From positions 1,111,648 to 1,175,647 of the forward strand of contig SMSO01000014.1 of the NCBI GenBank assembly GCA_004764695.1: 64,000 nucleotides of DNA. Reading direction: 5' to 3'. The stretch is from Schizochytrium sp. TIO01 (Eukaryota > Protista > Bigyra: Labyrinthulomycetes). Positions within the stretch are counted from its first letter, which is position 1, and each line of letters begins with the position of its first letter. The position numbers and the translations under genes are program-made. Below are positions 49,830 to 62,382 of the stretch, one piece after another. Under the pieces are notes generated by a model. It ran no database searches, had not been told where the DNA came from, and was given only the letters and a program-made list of their open reading frames with translations.

Positions 49830-51521
49830 GGGCGATCGTTGTTGAAGGTTTCTTGGACGAGGACCACAATCGTCTTCGAGTCGTTCGCTGGTTCGTTCGT
49901 GAGAGCGGAAACCCATCCCACCTCCAAAGCAGCACGAGTGAGACCACCAGCGATGGCACGTGGTTTCTGGCTACAAGGTGACGACTGACTGAAATCCATA
50001 GCCTTCCTCTGATGAACTTGAAGAATCAGAGACAGACCTTGAACTTGAAGATGCCGAGACTGATGAAAACCAGTCGAAAACCAAACCCAGTTTTAGAAAC
50101 CTGCATCCTGATCGTCTTCAGCCAAGATAAGATCTACTCAAAGCCGACGCTCGAGGCTCCAGTTTGTTGACAGACGGCGGCGAATTGATCAAGATTTCGC
50201 GGCATCATGGTCGATAAAGCGTAGTAGGCATTTTGGGGGTTCCGGAGCGCTTTCTTCCGCAATAACAGCGCAGTGTATAGATTATATAGATAGGCCTATC
50301 AATCAATCAATCAATCAATCAAACAAACAGGAAAATAAGTTGAAAGAAAGAAGTGAATAAAAAGCAATTGAGAATGTCAAGAAAAAAAGTACATTATCTG
50401 AGCCAATAGCATGGCAGTTGGTCTGGCAACTCTTAAGTTGGCTGAGCTATCTTCATCATGCGCGTTTGTGAAGACGAAGGAGGCGCTTGGCTGGCTGTCG
50501 GGTGCCTTTTATTGGTTGATTGGAGCGGACCTGCAGCGATAATGACCTGAAGGTAAACTGAAGAGCGAGAAACAGATTTATTTTTGGTCGTTTTTCTGTC
50601 CTTCCCTTCAATACTTTAACTACGCGCTACTTATTGGGTGGGTATTCTGAGGTTTTATTTAACAGCGCTTTGTGAAAGTCAATAAAAGAGCATGCGCCGC
50701 AGAATACAGTAGCTGGAAAGACGAAGAACTCGAGGGCCCTGCGACACTAAAGCAAAGTCCTTTCGCGGGCCAGACCTTTGGCGTGTTTGCGAGTCCATAT
50801 GCATGGTTTCGTGCGGCTTTCTTCGCAGTTCGAGGATCGAGGTGGATGAAGTGACTAATAAAGCCACAACTGTTTAATTTGCTTTCCTGGTACATTCACT
50901 CTAAAATACTTCTTTATATGTATTTATCTGCCTATTTAAATTTTTAATTAACAAACAAACAAATAAATATAAGTAAAAACAAATAATACTACTACCATGG
51001 CTAATAATAATACTACGAATAACAAATCGAAAGTAAAAGGATAAACAACAACAAAGCACCTTTTCAACCTCTGCTTAAAGATGAAGAAAAGGGTGGGCGG
51101 TCAGATTGCCTTTTTCGCGCTGATACAACTCAAAGCAGAGGGCGGTGATCTCGCATCTGCGCTAGATTCTCTGGGGATTCTTTCATTCATTCTTTCTTTC
51201 TTTCTTTCTTTCATTCACGAAACAGCTCATATCGTGCCAATACGCAGATACGGCGATGGCCAATTCTCAAGCCGCATCTTACTCATCGCGAGTATGCTCG
51301 TCTCAGCGTACGCATGTTCTCGCGCAAAGAGCTTCGAACGACGATCGTCAGAGCGTAGTGGAAGCAGAAAACGACCAACAGCTCGTCAAAAGAGAGCTGT
51401 GCAAACCAATTCACTAATCGGCCGATCGATTGAAACTCGGAGTGGATTGGACTGATTTCACTGACAGGAAATTACAATGGAGAACCAGCATCCCGGAAGC
51501 GCGAGAGGTGGCCAATTGAGG

Positions 51522-51552
51522 ATCAATCACCAATCAATCACCAATCAATCAC

Positions 51553-51591
<39 letters not shown>

Positions 51592-51620
51592 CTAATCAAT
51601 CAATCAACCAATCGATCAAT
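51522..51620. repeat. Imperfect (CAAT)n microsatellite with CACCAATCAAT units
   Basis: Direct reading. Confidence 0.9.
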
Positions 51621-52183
51621 TCATGAAGAGAGGATGGAAGAAGGAAATGCAAAACCTTCGCGAGAGCAACTGTCTATGCACAGTTGATGAATCTATGCAC
51701 CGCATCTTCTCTCGCTAAGCCTGTACATCCTTAGGTTCGTTCAATCATTCATTCATTCATTCATTCATTCACTCGCTCCTCCTTTTACTTTATATTTACA
51801 TTTCTATATTTATTTTAGTTTAATTAAATTAAACACTAAAAACAAAGATAAATTTGGCAATCAAAAGCAGTCGGAGTAAACTCAAGAGAGAAGTACAAAG
51901 TACATGAAGAGCCAACCAAAGTCCTGAGAAAAACCAAAAGTAAATAAATGAACTTCAATCAACCAAACGAATGCTTTGCTTCAATCAGAACTCCCTTTTC
52001 TTTGCCCTTCTGTTTGCGCTCCTTTCCCCCTTTTTCCCATGCCCGCTCTTCGTCGCTTCTCCCGCTCTTCTGTCCTTATGTCCGTAACTCTTCCATTCTC
52101 TTTCTCTTCTTCCCTCTCTTTTCTCCTTTCTCCCCACCTTAGCTGCCAACTACCTAGAAAGCTAGTAATGGTCCAATATTGAC

Positions 52184-52226
52184 AATAAATAAATAAATTA
52201 ATTAATTAATTAATTAATTAATTAAT
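52184..52226. repeat. (AAAT)n/(TAAT)n microsatellite; the TAAT part is self-complementary
   Basis: aataaataaataaattaattaattaattaattaattaattaat. Confidence 0.9.
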
Positions 52227-54104
52227 GACATTGGCGTTGTTTTGGCTTTAGCTTTTGCTTTTTGCTTCTTCTCTCAAAAGACTCAGCAATAAAAGAGTCG
52301 TCTATGTCCTACTACCGCTACTCCTACCATAACTGCATCTACTCTTACCCTGCACATTACGCATGCGCAATGAATTACCTCTTGCGAGGCCTAGCATTTG
52401 GACTATGTGGGGTGCTATCAGAGCTGTTGATGAACAGCCTTCTTTCTCTGGCGGGGTGCTATGTGCCTCATAACGTTAACCATAGTACCAGTCCCCAGCC
52501 ACCGCATGTGTACTTGGCGATGGTCTTGATAGATAAAGATTATGTACTATGTATTTAGGAACCTCCTATCGCCATTAGAGTGCAATATGAAGTTGCTGTG
52601 AATCTGTGACGCACCGCTTCTTTCTTTCCCTCTTATGTGATTGTGTATTTGTTTGACATGATCACTCAATTAATTGTTCATTCATTCATTTATTCAATTA
52701 GCTATTCATTCACTTATTTTTAATTATTTCAACATTTAGTCATGAGTTGTTTATGTTTTACATTTTAAACTAAAACAACGTTTGCTCTCAATGTCTTTCT
52801 TGAGCTGCTTTTGGTGAAAGGAGAGCGACAGGAGATAATAAGAGAACAAACCAAAGGGTTCTCCGGCTTCCGCTTCTACTAATCTAATCTTGCAGTCCCT
52901 ATCCTTGCCTCTTTTTGACGAGGCACTCGAACATTACAAAGTTGGAGCTGTTTTCTCTCAGGCGAGGGTCATAATCACACACTCGCACATTCACAAGAAA
53001 GATAGATCTGCACAGCGGGTTAGCGCTGGGTTTATAGAAATGATGGTCGACGCTCAGTCTTGTCTTGTCTGGCTTTGGGCAAAGGAATCACTATGTGCGT
53101 ACAAACATACGTACGTAGCGACCGCGATTGCTCGACGATAATCGATAATCTAAATAAAGGTGATTGATTGCTCTTCGTTGCTTCTCTCTCTTTTTTTTTA
53201 TTTTATTTTATTTTTAACTAAAAATGTTTTCACCTAAAATGAAAAGTTAATCATTCTTTTGAAAAAGAAAAGTTTGAAGTCAGAAGTTATCAACTTTTTA
53301 AAGAAGGAAAGAGCTTAAAACAAAAGTGGCAAAAGAAGAGGAAGTCAATCGGTCGATCAATCGATCCGTGCAGACCGCCAAGCTTGCGCTCTGGCCGGCA
53401 CAGGCTCGGAGGAGACGCCACGGCGTACCTCCCCGCCCTCGCCGCAGACGCCTGATCCCGCCGCCTCCCACTGGCCCTCTGCGTCGGTCGGCGCTTCGGC
53501 TTTGGTCTTTCCGTTCGACCAGACAGACAGACAGACAGACAGAGAATAATTAACAACGACAGCCAATTTAGGAATAAGCAACCTCAATCCGGATCTCTCG
53601 GGCGCTCGGGCTCCCGCCTCGCCTCTCGCTCCGAGACAAACACCTCAGGGCGAAACCCTCTTCGCAGGACTTCGACCCGTTGTCCACGTCAGGCCGCCGC
53701 TAGAACCTCTGGCCAAGGGCCCGCCGCCTGCCTGGAATACAGCGAGGGCGGTCCGCTTGCGCCTCCCGAGAGCGCCACGCTGCGCGAACAGGGCCTCCTC
53801 GTTGGCGGTTCTCTTAGGCTTTACAGTAGGAGTTCGGTAGGAGTCACTGTGGCAAGGTACTGGTAGGAGGACTGGCTGCTGCTGGATACAGCGGAAAAGC
53901 AGAGGTCATTGACAAACTTGTTGAGACTGTATTGCACTGCGTAGCTTGCTTTGCGAATCGCAAGGCTCAGGCTGTGCTTTGCGAATCGAGAAGCTTTGAG
54001 CCACTCAAATTGCTTCCCTGATTGATTCATTGATTCGTTGATTGATTGTTTTGGAACTCTGGAATCACTTGGACTGGGATAATTCGAAAAGCGAACAAGC
54101 AAAC

Positions 54105-55010
54105 ATGGGTGACGCAGGTGTATCAGCGTTTACGTCTGGCCTGGTGGCCGGCATGACGAGCTCGTTTGTGTTCTCACCAGTTGATAGGGCACTGTTTCTG
54201 TCACATGTACATAAAAGACCGTTTCTGTGTGAGTCAAACTTCGAAAAACCATTTCAAAGCGTTAACATGGTCATGTTGCAAAGAGTTATTTCATCAGGAC
54301 TGTGTTTTCCCTTGGAAGATGCAGTGCGCAGACGCTGCCCTGTCGGTGAGCGGAGCTCTTTCACACACAACTTTGTTTCCGGCACTGTTTCTGGATCCCT
54401 TATCGCAATCGTCACCAACCCACTGGCAAGTATCACCTTTCAGAAATGGAGCGCACAACACCCAGGAGGTATGATTCGCGTAGCATCAATAATGTTTCAA
54501 ACTGGTGGAATCGCTTGCTTCAACCGCGCCATTTTCACAACTCTTGCCAGGGACTTTATTTGGGGCGGAGCATTCTCGTGCCTGCGCCATGAACTCCCGA
54601 AACATCTCGCAAGGAGTCAGCAACCCCTTGTGGACCCCAATACTGGCGTGCAACTTGCTGGAGCAGTATCTTTCTTCTCCAACGTCATTGCCGCTGCCGT
54701 TGCAACACTCATATCGTCTCCCTTCAACTATGCTCGCAACCTACAGTATGCGCATGATCTCTCTCGGGGTCACTTGAGCACAACAGCTGTCTTTCGCAAC
54801 CTCTGGAGGGAAGCTCAGGAGAACAAGCTCAACACGCAGGAAAGCCGCGCATCATTTCTTGCGCGGCGTCTCACGATCGGTTGGGGAACTCTTCGTGTCT
54901 CTGTCGGCATTGCTTTCTCTAGTCAAATCTACAACCTGCTCATGGCTGAACTCTCTTCATCCAGAACAGCTGCATCCGGGTCTGCATCCCCCTCTTCTGC
55001 TGCAGCATGA
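54105..55010 (+). CDS. Mitochondrial carrier family (SLC25) protein, divergent
   Basis: Three-repeat structure: SGLVAG..FSPVDRAL, SGTVSG..TNPLASIT, AAAVAT..SSPFNYARN. About 300 aa from ATG 54105. Confidence 0.85.
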   Translation: MGDAGVSAFTSGLVAGMTSSFVFSPVDRALFLSHVHKRPFLCESNFEKPFQSVNMVMLQRVISSGLCFPLEDAVRRRCPVGERSSFTHNFVSGTVSGSLIAIVTNPLASITFQKWSAQHPGGMIRVASIMFQTGGIACFNRAIFTTLARDFIWGGAFSCLRHELPKHLARSQQPLVDPNTGVQLAGAVSFFSNVIAAAVATLISSPFNYARNLQYAHDLSRGHLSTTAVFRNLWREAQENKLNTQESRASFLARRLTIGWGTLRVSVGIAFSSQIYNLLMAELSSSRTAASGSASPSSAAA

Positions 55011-55699
55011 TCCTTATAGCAAGCAACGAAGTCTCTATTGTTGCTACTAACGTTTCTGTCTCCTGCCCTATCTTACCAAAAGGTTTGTCTGTTCCTGCAC
55101 GTGGCTAGACTGACACTTTGGTATCCTTTTTTCATCTTCGTCACCATATCCTACTTCTCGTCTCTGATATACACCCTTTTAGGTATCACCAAGAATTGTT
55201 TTTGATTGTCTGTCTAGCTTCCCTCTAGTCCATCACGACCTCCTGTAAATACACCACATCTTGAGTAGGGATAATAACCCCCTTCCTTTTGTAGTTCATG
55301 CACTAAATAATTTCCCCTACCAACTGAAAAGCACAAGAGAGCCCAATTGAAGAAAAACACCGCCAATTAGTTTTTCAAATACTTGTTCACCCTGCGCATG
55401 CCTAGTACACCTTTTATTCAAACCGAATAGAATGCACCATTTATTGTTTTCTCTCTCTGGTACAAAATACTTTGTTCTCAGTTCTTTAATTCATATCAAA
55501 GCCTTACTACTTTGTGTCACTAAGATCATTTAACTATAACAACAGGCACCTTTTGGTCAAAATTCAAAGCAATTCTTGATAAAGGAAGAAAGAATGTAGT
55601 TTCAAATTGTTGTTGTACAGTTTGTGCATGATGATAATTTCATGAAAAGCTTGCTTTATTCTTTGGTTTCTAAAAAACAGGAGGCCAATTCAAAGGCAT

Positions 55700-56556
55700 T
55701 TACTCTTCTTGTTTCGATTCAGAGGGAAACAAATGAGCAGCAATGGTTGGGCCGCACAAAGCAGAGGGGAGCTTTGAAGACTTGTTCTTTAGCTTTACAT
55801 TTGCGCCATGTTCAATTAGCCACTCTGCCATCAATTGAAATCGGTTCATACAAGCAATGTGCAACGCTGTGTTACCCTTGCCATCTTGCTGGTTAACATC
55901 GACTCCTTTGGCAATGAGCTTCTGTACAATCGACAAGTGACCATCATTGGCAGCCTTATGAAGTGGTGAAGACTTTGCAACATTTTCTGCATTCACAGTA
56001 GCCCCCGCCTTCATTAATGCTTCGACGGGCTCCATGACACCCCTATAGTTGTTCAAATTATAAACAAGAAACATCACATCAACAAATTGCAAAGTTAGAC
56101 GTTTTGTCCGAAACATGCAAAACCCTACACAAGTGCAACAAAAAAAATCTTTAGGCAACTGTTTTATATAACGTACCGTTCTGCTGCGAAGTGAAGCGCG
56201 GTGTTTCCAGTGTCATCTGCAGCATTCACATTTGCACCAAGTGCTAGAAGTTTAAGCATTACAGCCTCCCGCAATTGATTACATGCATGGTGCAAAGGTC
56301 TCATACCTCCAAACCCACTAGACTCTATATCAGCTCCATGATCTAAGAGATATACCACCGCATCTACATAGCCATTCCTCGCTGCCCAGATGATTGGCTG
56401 GCACCCATAGGCATCGAGTGCATTGACATCCACTGGGTTCTTCTCGCGCTCAACCAAAGTTCTCAGGCCTCCAACATCTCCAATCCCTGCAAGTTTCCAT
56501 GGATCACTCTCGATTGCTGGAGCTTGATCCTTCTCCCCATTCTTCTTCTTGCTCAT
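55700..56556 (-). CDS. Ankyrin-repeat protein, 2 exons (56177-56556, 55700-56042), 240 aa
   Basis: Repeats GCQPIIWAARNG, GMRPLHHAC, GNTALHFAAERG (across the junction), SSPLHKAANDG, GNTALHIAC. Intron 56043-56176 reads gtacgt..ctaac..tag. Confidence 0.92.
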
Positions 56557-56990
56557 CCTTCCACGCTACTCCTCAATGGCTTTATATGTCCTCTTGCGCC
56601 AACTCGCTTCGCCTTTTGATTATTGCTCTCCATGATATTTAACCAGCCATAGCACATTTCCTTACATTTCGCAGGGAATTATAACAAGTTATAGCACAGA
56701 ATGTTGCCCTTCTAAGAGTCTACATACATTCCTAATGTTATAGTTATGTACCCTTAGTAAGTCATCAACGGCTCGCTGTTCTGTCTTTGTTTGTACTAGT
56801 CACTCATGTAACAATTTAAGGGTATAATAACTCGCAACAGTCCAGGTTGGTCTGGCAAGCTCACGGCTCGCTAGCAAACTACGACATAAGGAACATCACT
56901 CCCGCTCGGCGAATTGGTCAGATTGGCAAGTAAACCTTGACTTGCCTTTATCGAGAGCTTACTTAAACAGAACTCGTAAATTGGGAAAAC

Positions 56991-57743
56991 ATGGCAACCG
57001 AAGTACCCGAGTCGCTCCTGCGCTTGGAAGAGCCTCTCCTGGTGAGTGCTCCTACAAAAAGCAACAATGAGGCGGAGGCAGAGGCAGAGTCGAAGGAATA
57101 CAACGCTGCTCCTGGCCAGGTGCCCACTTCCACCAAGACCTCGTCTGGTAACGCGCAGACAGATGAAATTGTGAATTCCGTGCTCCCGCCGCGCACATTC
57201 TCTAAAAAAGATCACTCCAAGTGGATGCAATATACATCCAAGGAACCGGCGACTCGGCTTGACGTTATTCAGGTTCAAGAGGAACTCGATAGAAAACTTG
57301 CTGAGAGACAAGCTCGGGACAGCGGAATCTGCCCCGTTCGAGAGGACCTCTACCATCAGGGATTTGATGAGATCATTCGCCAGGTTACACTCAATCAACC
57401 TGAGCGTGGGCTCTTGCTTCTACGCGTACGAGATGAAGCACGGATGACTGTCGATGCTTACAAGACACTTTATGACAGCAGTATTGTTTTTGGCATTCGC
57501 AAACAGCTTCAAGCAGAACAGGGTATGTCTGACATGGAGGTGGAGATTAAAATGCTCGAGGAGGAGTGCAAAAATCGCGAAAACGAGGTTCTAGAGCTTC
57601 GTAATCGTGTTGAAATCATGGAGAAACGTGAAGCAGAAATCAAAGCTATCTCCGAGAAAAAACGCAAGGATGAAATCGCCTTTCTCAAGTATCAAGGCCA
57701 GAACCTCGACAAGTTCCTCAAGTCCGTTTCCGGATCCGCTTAA
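56991..57743 (+). CDS. DNALI1: Axonemal inner-arm dynein light chain p28
   Basis: NSVLPPR, PATRLDVI, RQARDSGICPVREDLY.Q.FDEIIRQVT..PERGLLLLRVRDE.RMT..AY.TLY.SS..FG.RK.LQAEQG. Confidence 0.97.
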   Translation: MATEVPESLLRLEEPLLVSAPTKSNNEAEAEAESKEYNAAPGQVPTSTKTSSGNAQTDEIVNSVLPPRTFSKKDHSKWMQYTSKEPATRLDVIQVQEELDRKLAERQARDSGICPVREDLYHQGFDEIIRQVTLNQPERGLLLLRVRDEARMTVDAYKTLYDSSIVFGIRKQLQAEQGMSDMEVEIKMLEEECKNRENEVLELRNRVEIMEKREAEIKAISEKKRKDEIAFLKYQGQNLDKFLKSVSGSA

Positions 57744-57972
57744 TCTATAGCCAATTACCTCTCTTTCTGTCTTTATACTTTAATCATCTCTTCATTTTTT
57801 CTATCTTGATCATACTTGACGACTTCTATGATGGAACATTGCTTGGCCTGTTAAGGCTACTATCTTCTACCCAAAAGTATATATCAAAGCCTTTAGTGTC
57901 TATTAAATGTTAACTTAGATTTTTGTAGAAAGAATCCTATCATGAATTTACTCTTTATTTAGATTATTTTGC

Positions 57973-60769
57973 TTATTTAAGAACACTGGATATTGACATC
58001 CAATGCTGTAACTTATCGGCTAAGTGACGTTCGCGATCTGCCCGTGTATTCGTCCTTCTCTCTTCAAATTGTGTAAGCTTGTCACCTGGGAGAGAGTGTA
58101 CAAGCGACTCACTTAAACGCGTTGGATTGATAACATTCTTAGAAGCTTGAACTCGTCTTGCTTGCATCTTGCTAGCAAGAAACCCAACTCTTGAGAACGA
58201 GATTTTCATAGACTGGTCAGCTGCCTCGGGCTCATTGCCACGAGGAGATACATTATCAGAGAATGTTAAGGAATGGGTCATGAGAGAAGCCAAGCCAGTC
58301 GTCGATGCGGCATGCGTTGTGTTTGGACCGACAATCTGAAAGTCTGGATTGCAACGCTGCTCCGCGGTTGTGGAGTTCAGGAATCGAATGCAATCTTGAC
58401 CTAGTCGAAACCTTGCTGCGGCTGTAAGACGCTGATTACTATCGATAAACTTGACTGCGCGAGCAATGCATGGATAACATGTCGTGATGTACAGATATCC
58501 TGGATATGAAAAGGCTTGTTCAAGATGGTCCAGAATAAAAATTGATTGGTTCGCAAGTGCTACCACGGGATTTGCTCGCCACCTGAAGCTTTGATCTTTG
58601 CTTTCTTGAACTTTCGTAGACGCATTCCCTCTTTCCTCTTCGTCAATCACATTATCTACTTCATCTATCCGGTTTTCAGCAATGAGACTTCCAACTTGTG
58701 CACCTGCCTCGATATCGTATAGCTGGACCTGATAACGCGTACAAGCAATAAGCAATGGAGTACCACTGACTGCGTACAATTTTGTAACTGCTATGTCTTC
58801 CGAATCAAGGGCTGTAGACGATTTTCTCTTAGGTACGCACGCCTCAAACTCCGCCAAGAAATTTCCTCCGGTTAATGATGCAGCGAAATTTTTATCTGAG
58901 AACGAAAATCCTGAGCTAGAATCTTTACGAGGGCGGATAGCAGCTGATGAAGGTGCGTCAGAGGACAGCTGGAAAAGACGCAATTTCCCATCGCTACAGC
59001 CAGCCAAAATCTGAGTACTCTGGCTAGCCCCAGATAGACCATTATTCTCCTCATCAGACTCTAGAAAATGAACAGATGTTGTGGATGATAAATGGTGCCT
59101 TAGGGTTGCGCGAGCTACACCAGCCCAAACATTCCAGACCATGATGCATCCGTCTACGAGACCAAATGCACAAAACTCAACTCCCATAGTGGACACACGT
59201 TGTGCATGGCAAAGAACACCGGAAGGCATGAAAATTGTCTTGCTGGCGGATGACATGCAATCATGTTCCTGAACTTCGTTGTCTCCATGTATATAAGTAG
59301 TAAAGAATAAACGACTCTTACAGAATAAGCCACAGACTTCTCCATGCTTGCGAGGTAGCTCAACGGTATCTCTCGACTCTATCCAAGACACAGAGTCTGA
59401 AAATCGCATATTTTCTTCTTGATTAGAGTCTTCCTCTTCATTCAGGTCTTGCAACGACCTTCCCTTTAAGCCAAGTGAACTTGATTCTGTATGACGAACT
59501 GTATATATTGCAAGATTGCGGCACGGAGCGCCTACCGAGGGGCGGTCCTGTTTCTCACCTTCAACTTTATTCATAGAGCCTTTTCCTTCAATATTAGTCT
59601 CCTCTTCGAGTGAAGCTCTTAGTACACAAGCACAAGTGAAAGATTGATCAGTGACCCATTTCGCTGCGTTTACCCATACAGACTCCACATCTGCAACGAA
59701 AGTGAATGGAGCACCTATAGTTTGCAAAGAGTTTGAAAGAACAGGATTATAAATAATAAGCTGACCTTGCACAGATTCTGTCTCAGGGCATGGATCATCC
59801 CCTTCCTTTGTTTCATCATGTGATGGTTTGTGCAATGCTACGATCAATGCGCCAGCACTCCCAAAAGAGTCGCAAGCAATGGCAGTGATCTCGCGGTCAA
59901 AAGGATGAGCAGTGGCCGAAGACTCATGCAGTGCCTCCGTCACCAGTAGAACACGACCTTCTGCAGTCCCCAAACATGTAATTCGTCCATCAGAAGAAGT
60001 AGCGGTACATGTAACACTGGTAATGGGAAATTGAGACGCATTTTTACAATCTCGCATTGAGCGCGGTAGAGATTTCATAAGTTGCAAGGTTTTAATTTGT
60101 TGTTGCAGCGCTACATCCCCCTGATTCATCGTTCGTTTAGGTTGATCAAAGCTTCCCGCACTTTGATCTTTTCCTAAGCTTGGTACACTTGATGTGGGCT
60201 GCATTTGTGAAGCCAAAACAGAATCTTGTGAGGTTCGACCCGAATTTGGCATGTTTCGTATTGATATCTCTTCCCATGCCAAATCTAGAACATCTTCTTC
60301 AAGAATTTTCAGAACCATACGATACGGTTGTGGCAACCTCCCTACACGAATTGAAGGGTTCACATAATCAGCAGGAGGTAAAACATCAAGCATTCGATAA
60401 AACTTTTGGTAATTCACGATTCCTCGGTAGTTACCAAATTTACTCACGCTATATGATTTAAAACAGGGCCATGTTAGTATAAAGCTTTTAGGATGGCTAT
60501 GCATCACTCTCCGCACAATGACAAACTTACATCAATTCCGCATCAGGTTCTTGAAGTCGTACGCCTTGGTTTTGTAACACCTTGATGAACTTTTCTCTGT
60601 CAAGATTGTGCCCTTCGTGACCATCAGAGCCTCTAGCGCTCTCAAATGCCTCCCACAATTGAATCTTGTCGTTTAAGATGCACGATCGACATCGATCACG
60701 AATAGAGCGCATCCTTCGTTTTTCTCCAAATTTAGATGTGGTCATTTTAGGTGAAGAAGTTTGCTCCAT
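57973..60769 (-). CDS. WDR93 (CFAP297)-like WD40 protein with N-terminal EF-hand-like pair; 2 exons (60531-60769, 57973-60448)
   Basis: Intron 60449-60530 (gtaagt..tactaac..tag) joins ...EPDAELI-VSKFGNYRGIVNYQKF. Motif RLPQPYRMVLKILEEDVLDLAWEEI resembles the WDR93 N-terminus. WD-like repeats include AFGLVDGCIMVWNV and LAGCSDGKLRLF. Confidence 0.75.
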
Positions 60770-62382
60770 CTTGCTTTGTGGAGTGGCACGGCCACAAGGT
60801 TGCCTTAGTCTCCTCCTCGAAACTTATCCTTGCTCGGTGGTCTTCTGTTTGTTTTGCCACTTGCCTTGCGATTTGCAATCGACGTAGACAAGTTTTACTA
60901 CAATAATATGTTAAAACTAGCTGTTACGACTTGTCGTAGCTTTAGCGAGTTTGTAAGCTCCTCCAACTCCACAAAACTCGTCTCAAAGCGATGAGTATTC
61001 TCTTCCCTGAAGCACAGTAGGCGAGCAAATCCTTTGCCCAACCAAAATGCCACAGTCCGTACTGGCTGATTGTCACAGAACCAAGGCTTGGGCAGAAGCT
61101 ACGCATCGCATTTCATTTTGTTCTTTTACTTCTTTCTCATACTAACTAGTATGCAACACCTACTGGTAATAGTATGAAAGCTGTAATTCTTACAATTCTA
61201 GGACAAAAGGGTACCTGATGTCTTACCAAAGCAAAAGTTCTCTTGTGCTCTTGTAGTGTGTTTGCTCTCCAATCTAGTGAATTTCTTATTAGCTGACGCA
61301 AGTACACTAGCAAGCGGTATCATATACAATATTTACTGTTCTGTATCAGTTGCACAGCTTGCCTTCTTTTCCACTCTCTTTATGCGTTGGGTCCGTGCCG
61401 CGGCGGGCAGAGGGTAAAGTGAGTTATAATAAGACTGGATACAGTAGGTTATGAATACTCTGAATAGGTTATAGAAGCCCATAAATCAAGTATGAGTGCG
61501 CATAAGTGGGTTATAGCGAGATAGTTAAGATCTTGTTAGGCTCGCGTATGCCTCCACTAGTAGCACGAAATTGAGATGTGCAATAAAACAGACGCCTTTT
61601 TCCTCTTTTTATCGTAGAATATAATGTAGACTTGAACGGAGCCAAGAGATCTCGATCTAAAATTGGCAACTCTGGGGGTTGATGAGAAAGGTTTTCATCG
61701 GAGTCCTGCTATGCTGAAGCATGTTAGGCTACTCGCATCACAATGCACAAGGTTTGTGAAAAGTCGAGCAAATCATCAGGTGTCAAACCGAAAGAAGCAT
61801 GAATTATGATATTTAAGTTAACCGAGTGGTAGAAAATGTTAGAGAGTAGTAGTTAGGTTGTTTACAGATAAGGTGAAGAAACAAAAAACTTGACAAAAAA
61901 CAAGAGACATCAGCAGTCTATCAATACGCTGCGGAGACGCGTAGTTCTTTCGCAGGCGACAGTTTGCGCGGCATTGGTGGGAAAAAGTTGTTCGTTAGGG
62001 TCCAAGTACCCTGGAGTCGCGGCTTTCTGTCGCCAAAAACGCGTGTACTGCTTGTTCTGACGGTGGGAAAAACCACTACTGAGGGATTCCGGCGGACGAG
62101 AAAGGAAGAGCCCACTTTACGTGAGCTGAGTTTCGCTGTTTTGGTTAGGACTTTGCGGCTCGCGCAATTGTCCTAAAACATAAGTTCGTTTGTTCTTTCT
62201 CCTGTTCACTTAATCGTTGGGCTTTTCTCGTTCTAGTTGAGTTTCTCATAGTGACAAAGAAATCAGTCAACACATTAATTATTGTGTTTACAGGAATCGC
62301 AACGATTCCATAAACCTTGAGATCTTTGTAGAGTTTTCCTGAGAATCTTTGGGAGAGATAACTGCAGTCAAAGGTAGAGCCC

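Noticed and set aside
53590-53800. SRP (7SL) or RNase P/MRP RNA assignment for the GC-rich stem
   Set aside because: I found no SRP helix-8 motif and no matching CR-I/CR-V (P4) pair on either strand; kept only as an unassigned candidate.
60449-60530. Apparent frameshift between ORFs 60527-60769 and 57973-60516
   Set aside because: Resolved by a canonical 82-nt intron (gtaagt..tactaac..tag).
61994-62001. GTTAGGGT as a telomerase RNA template (ACCCUAAC on the minus strand)
   Set aside because: Only 8 nt. G-U pairing favours the plus strand, and the minus strand has internal T5 runs that would stop Pol III.
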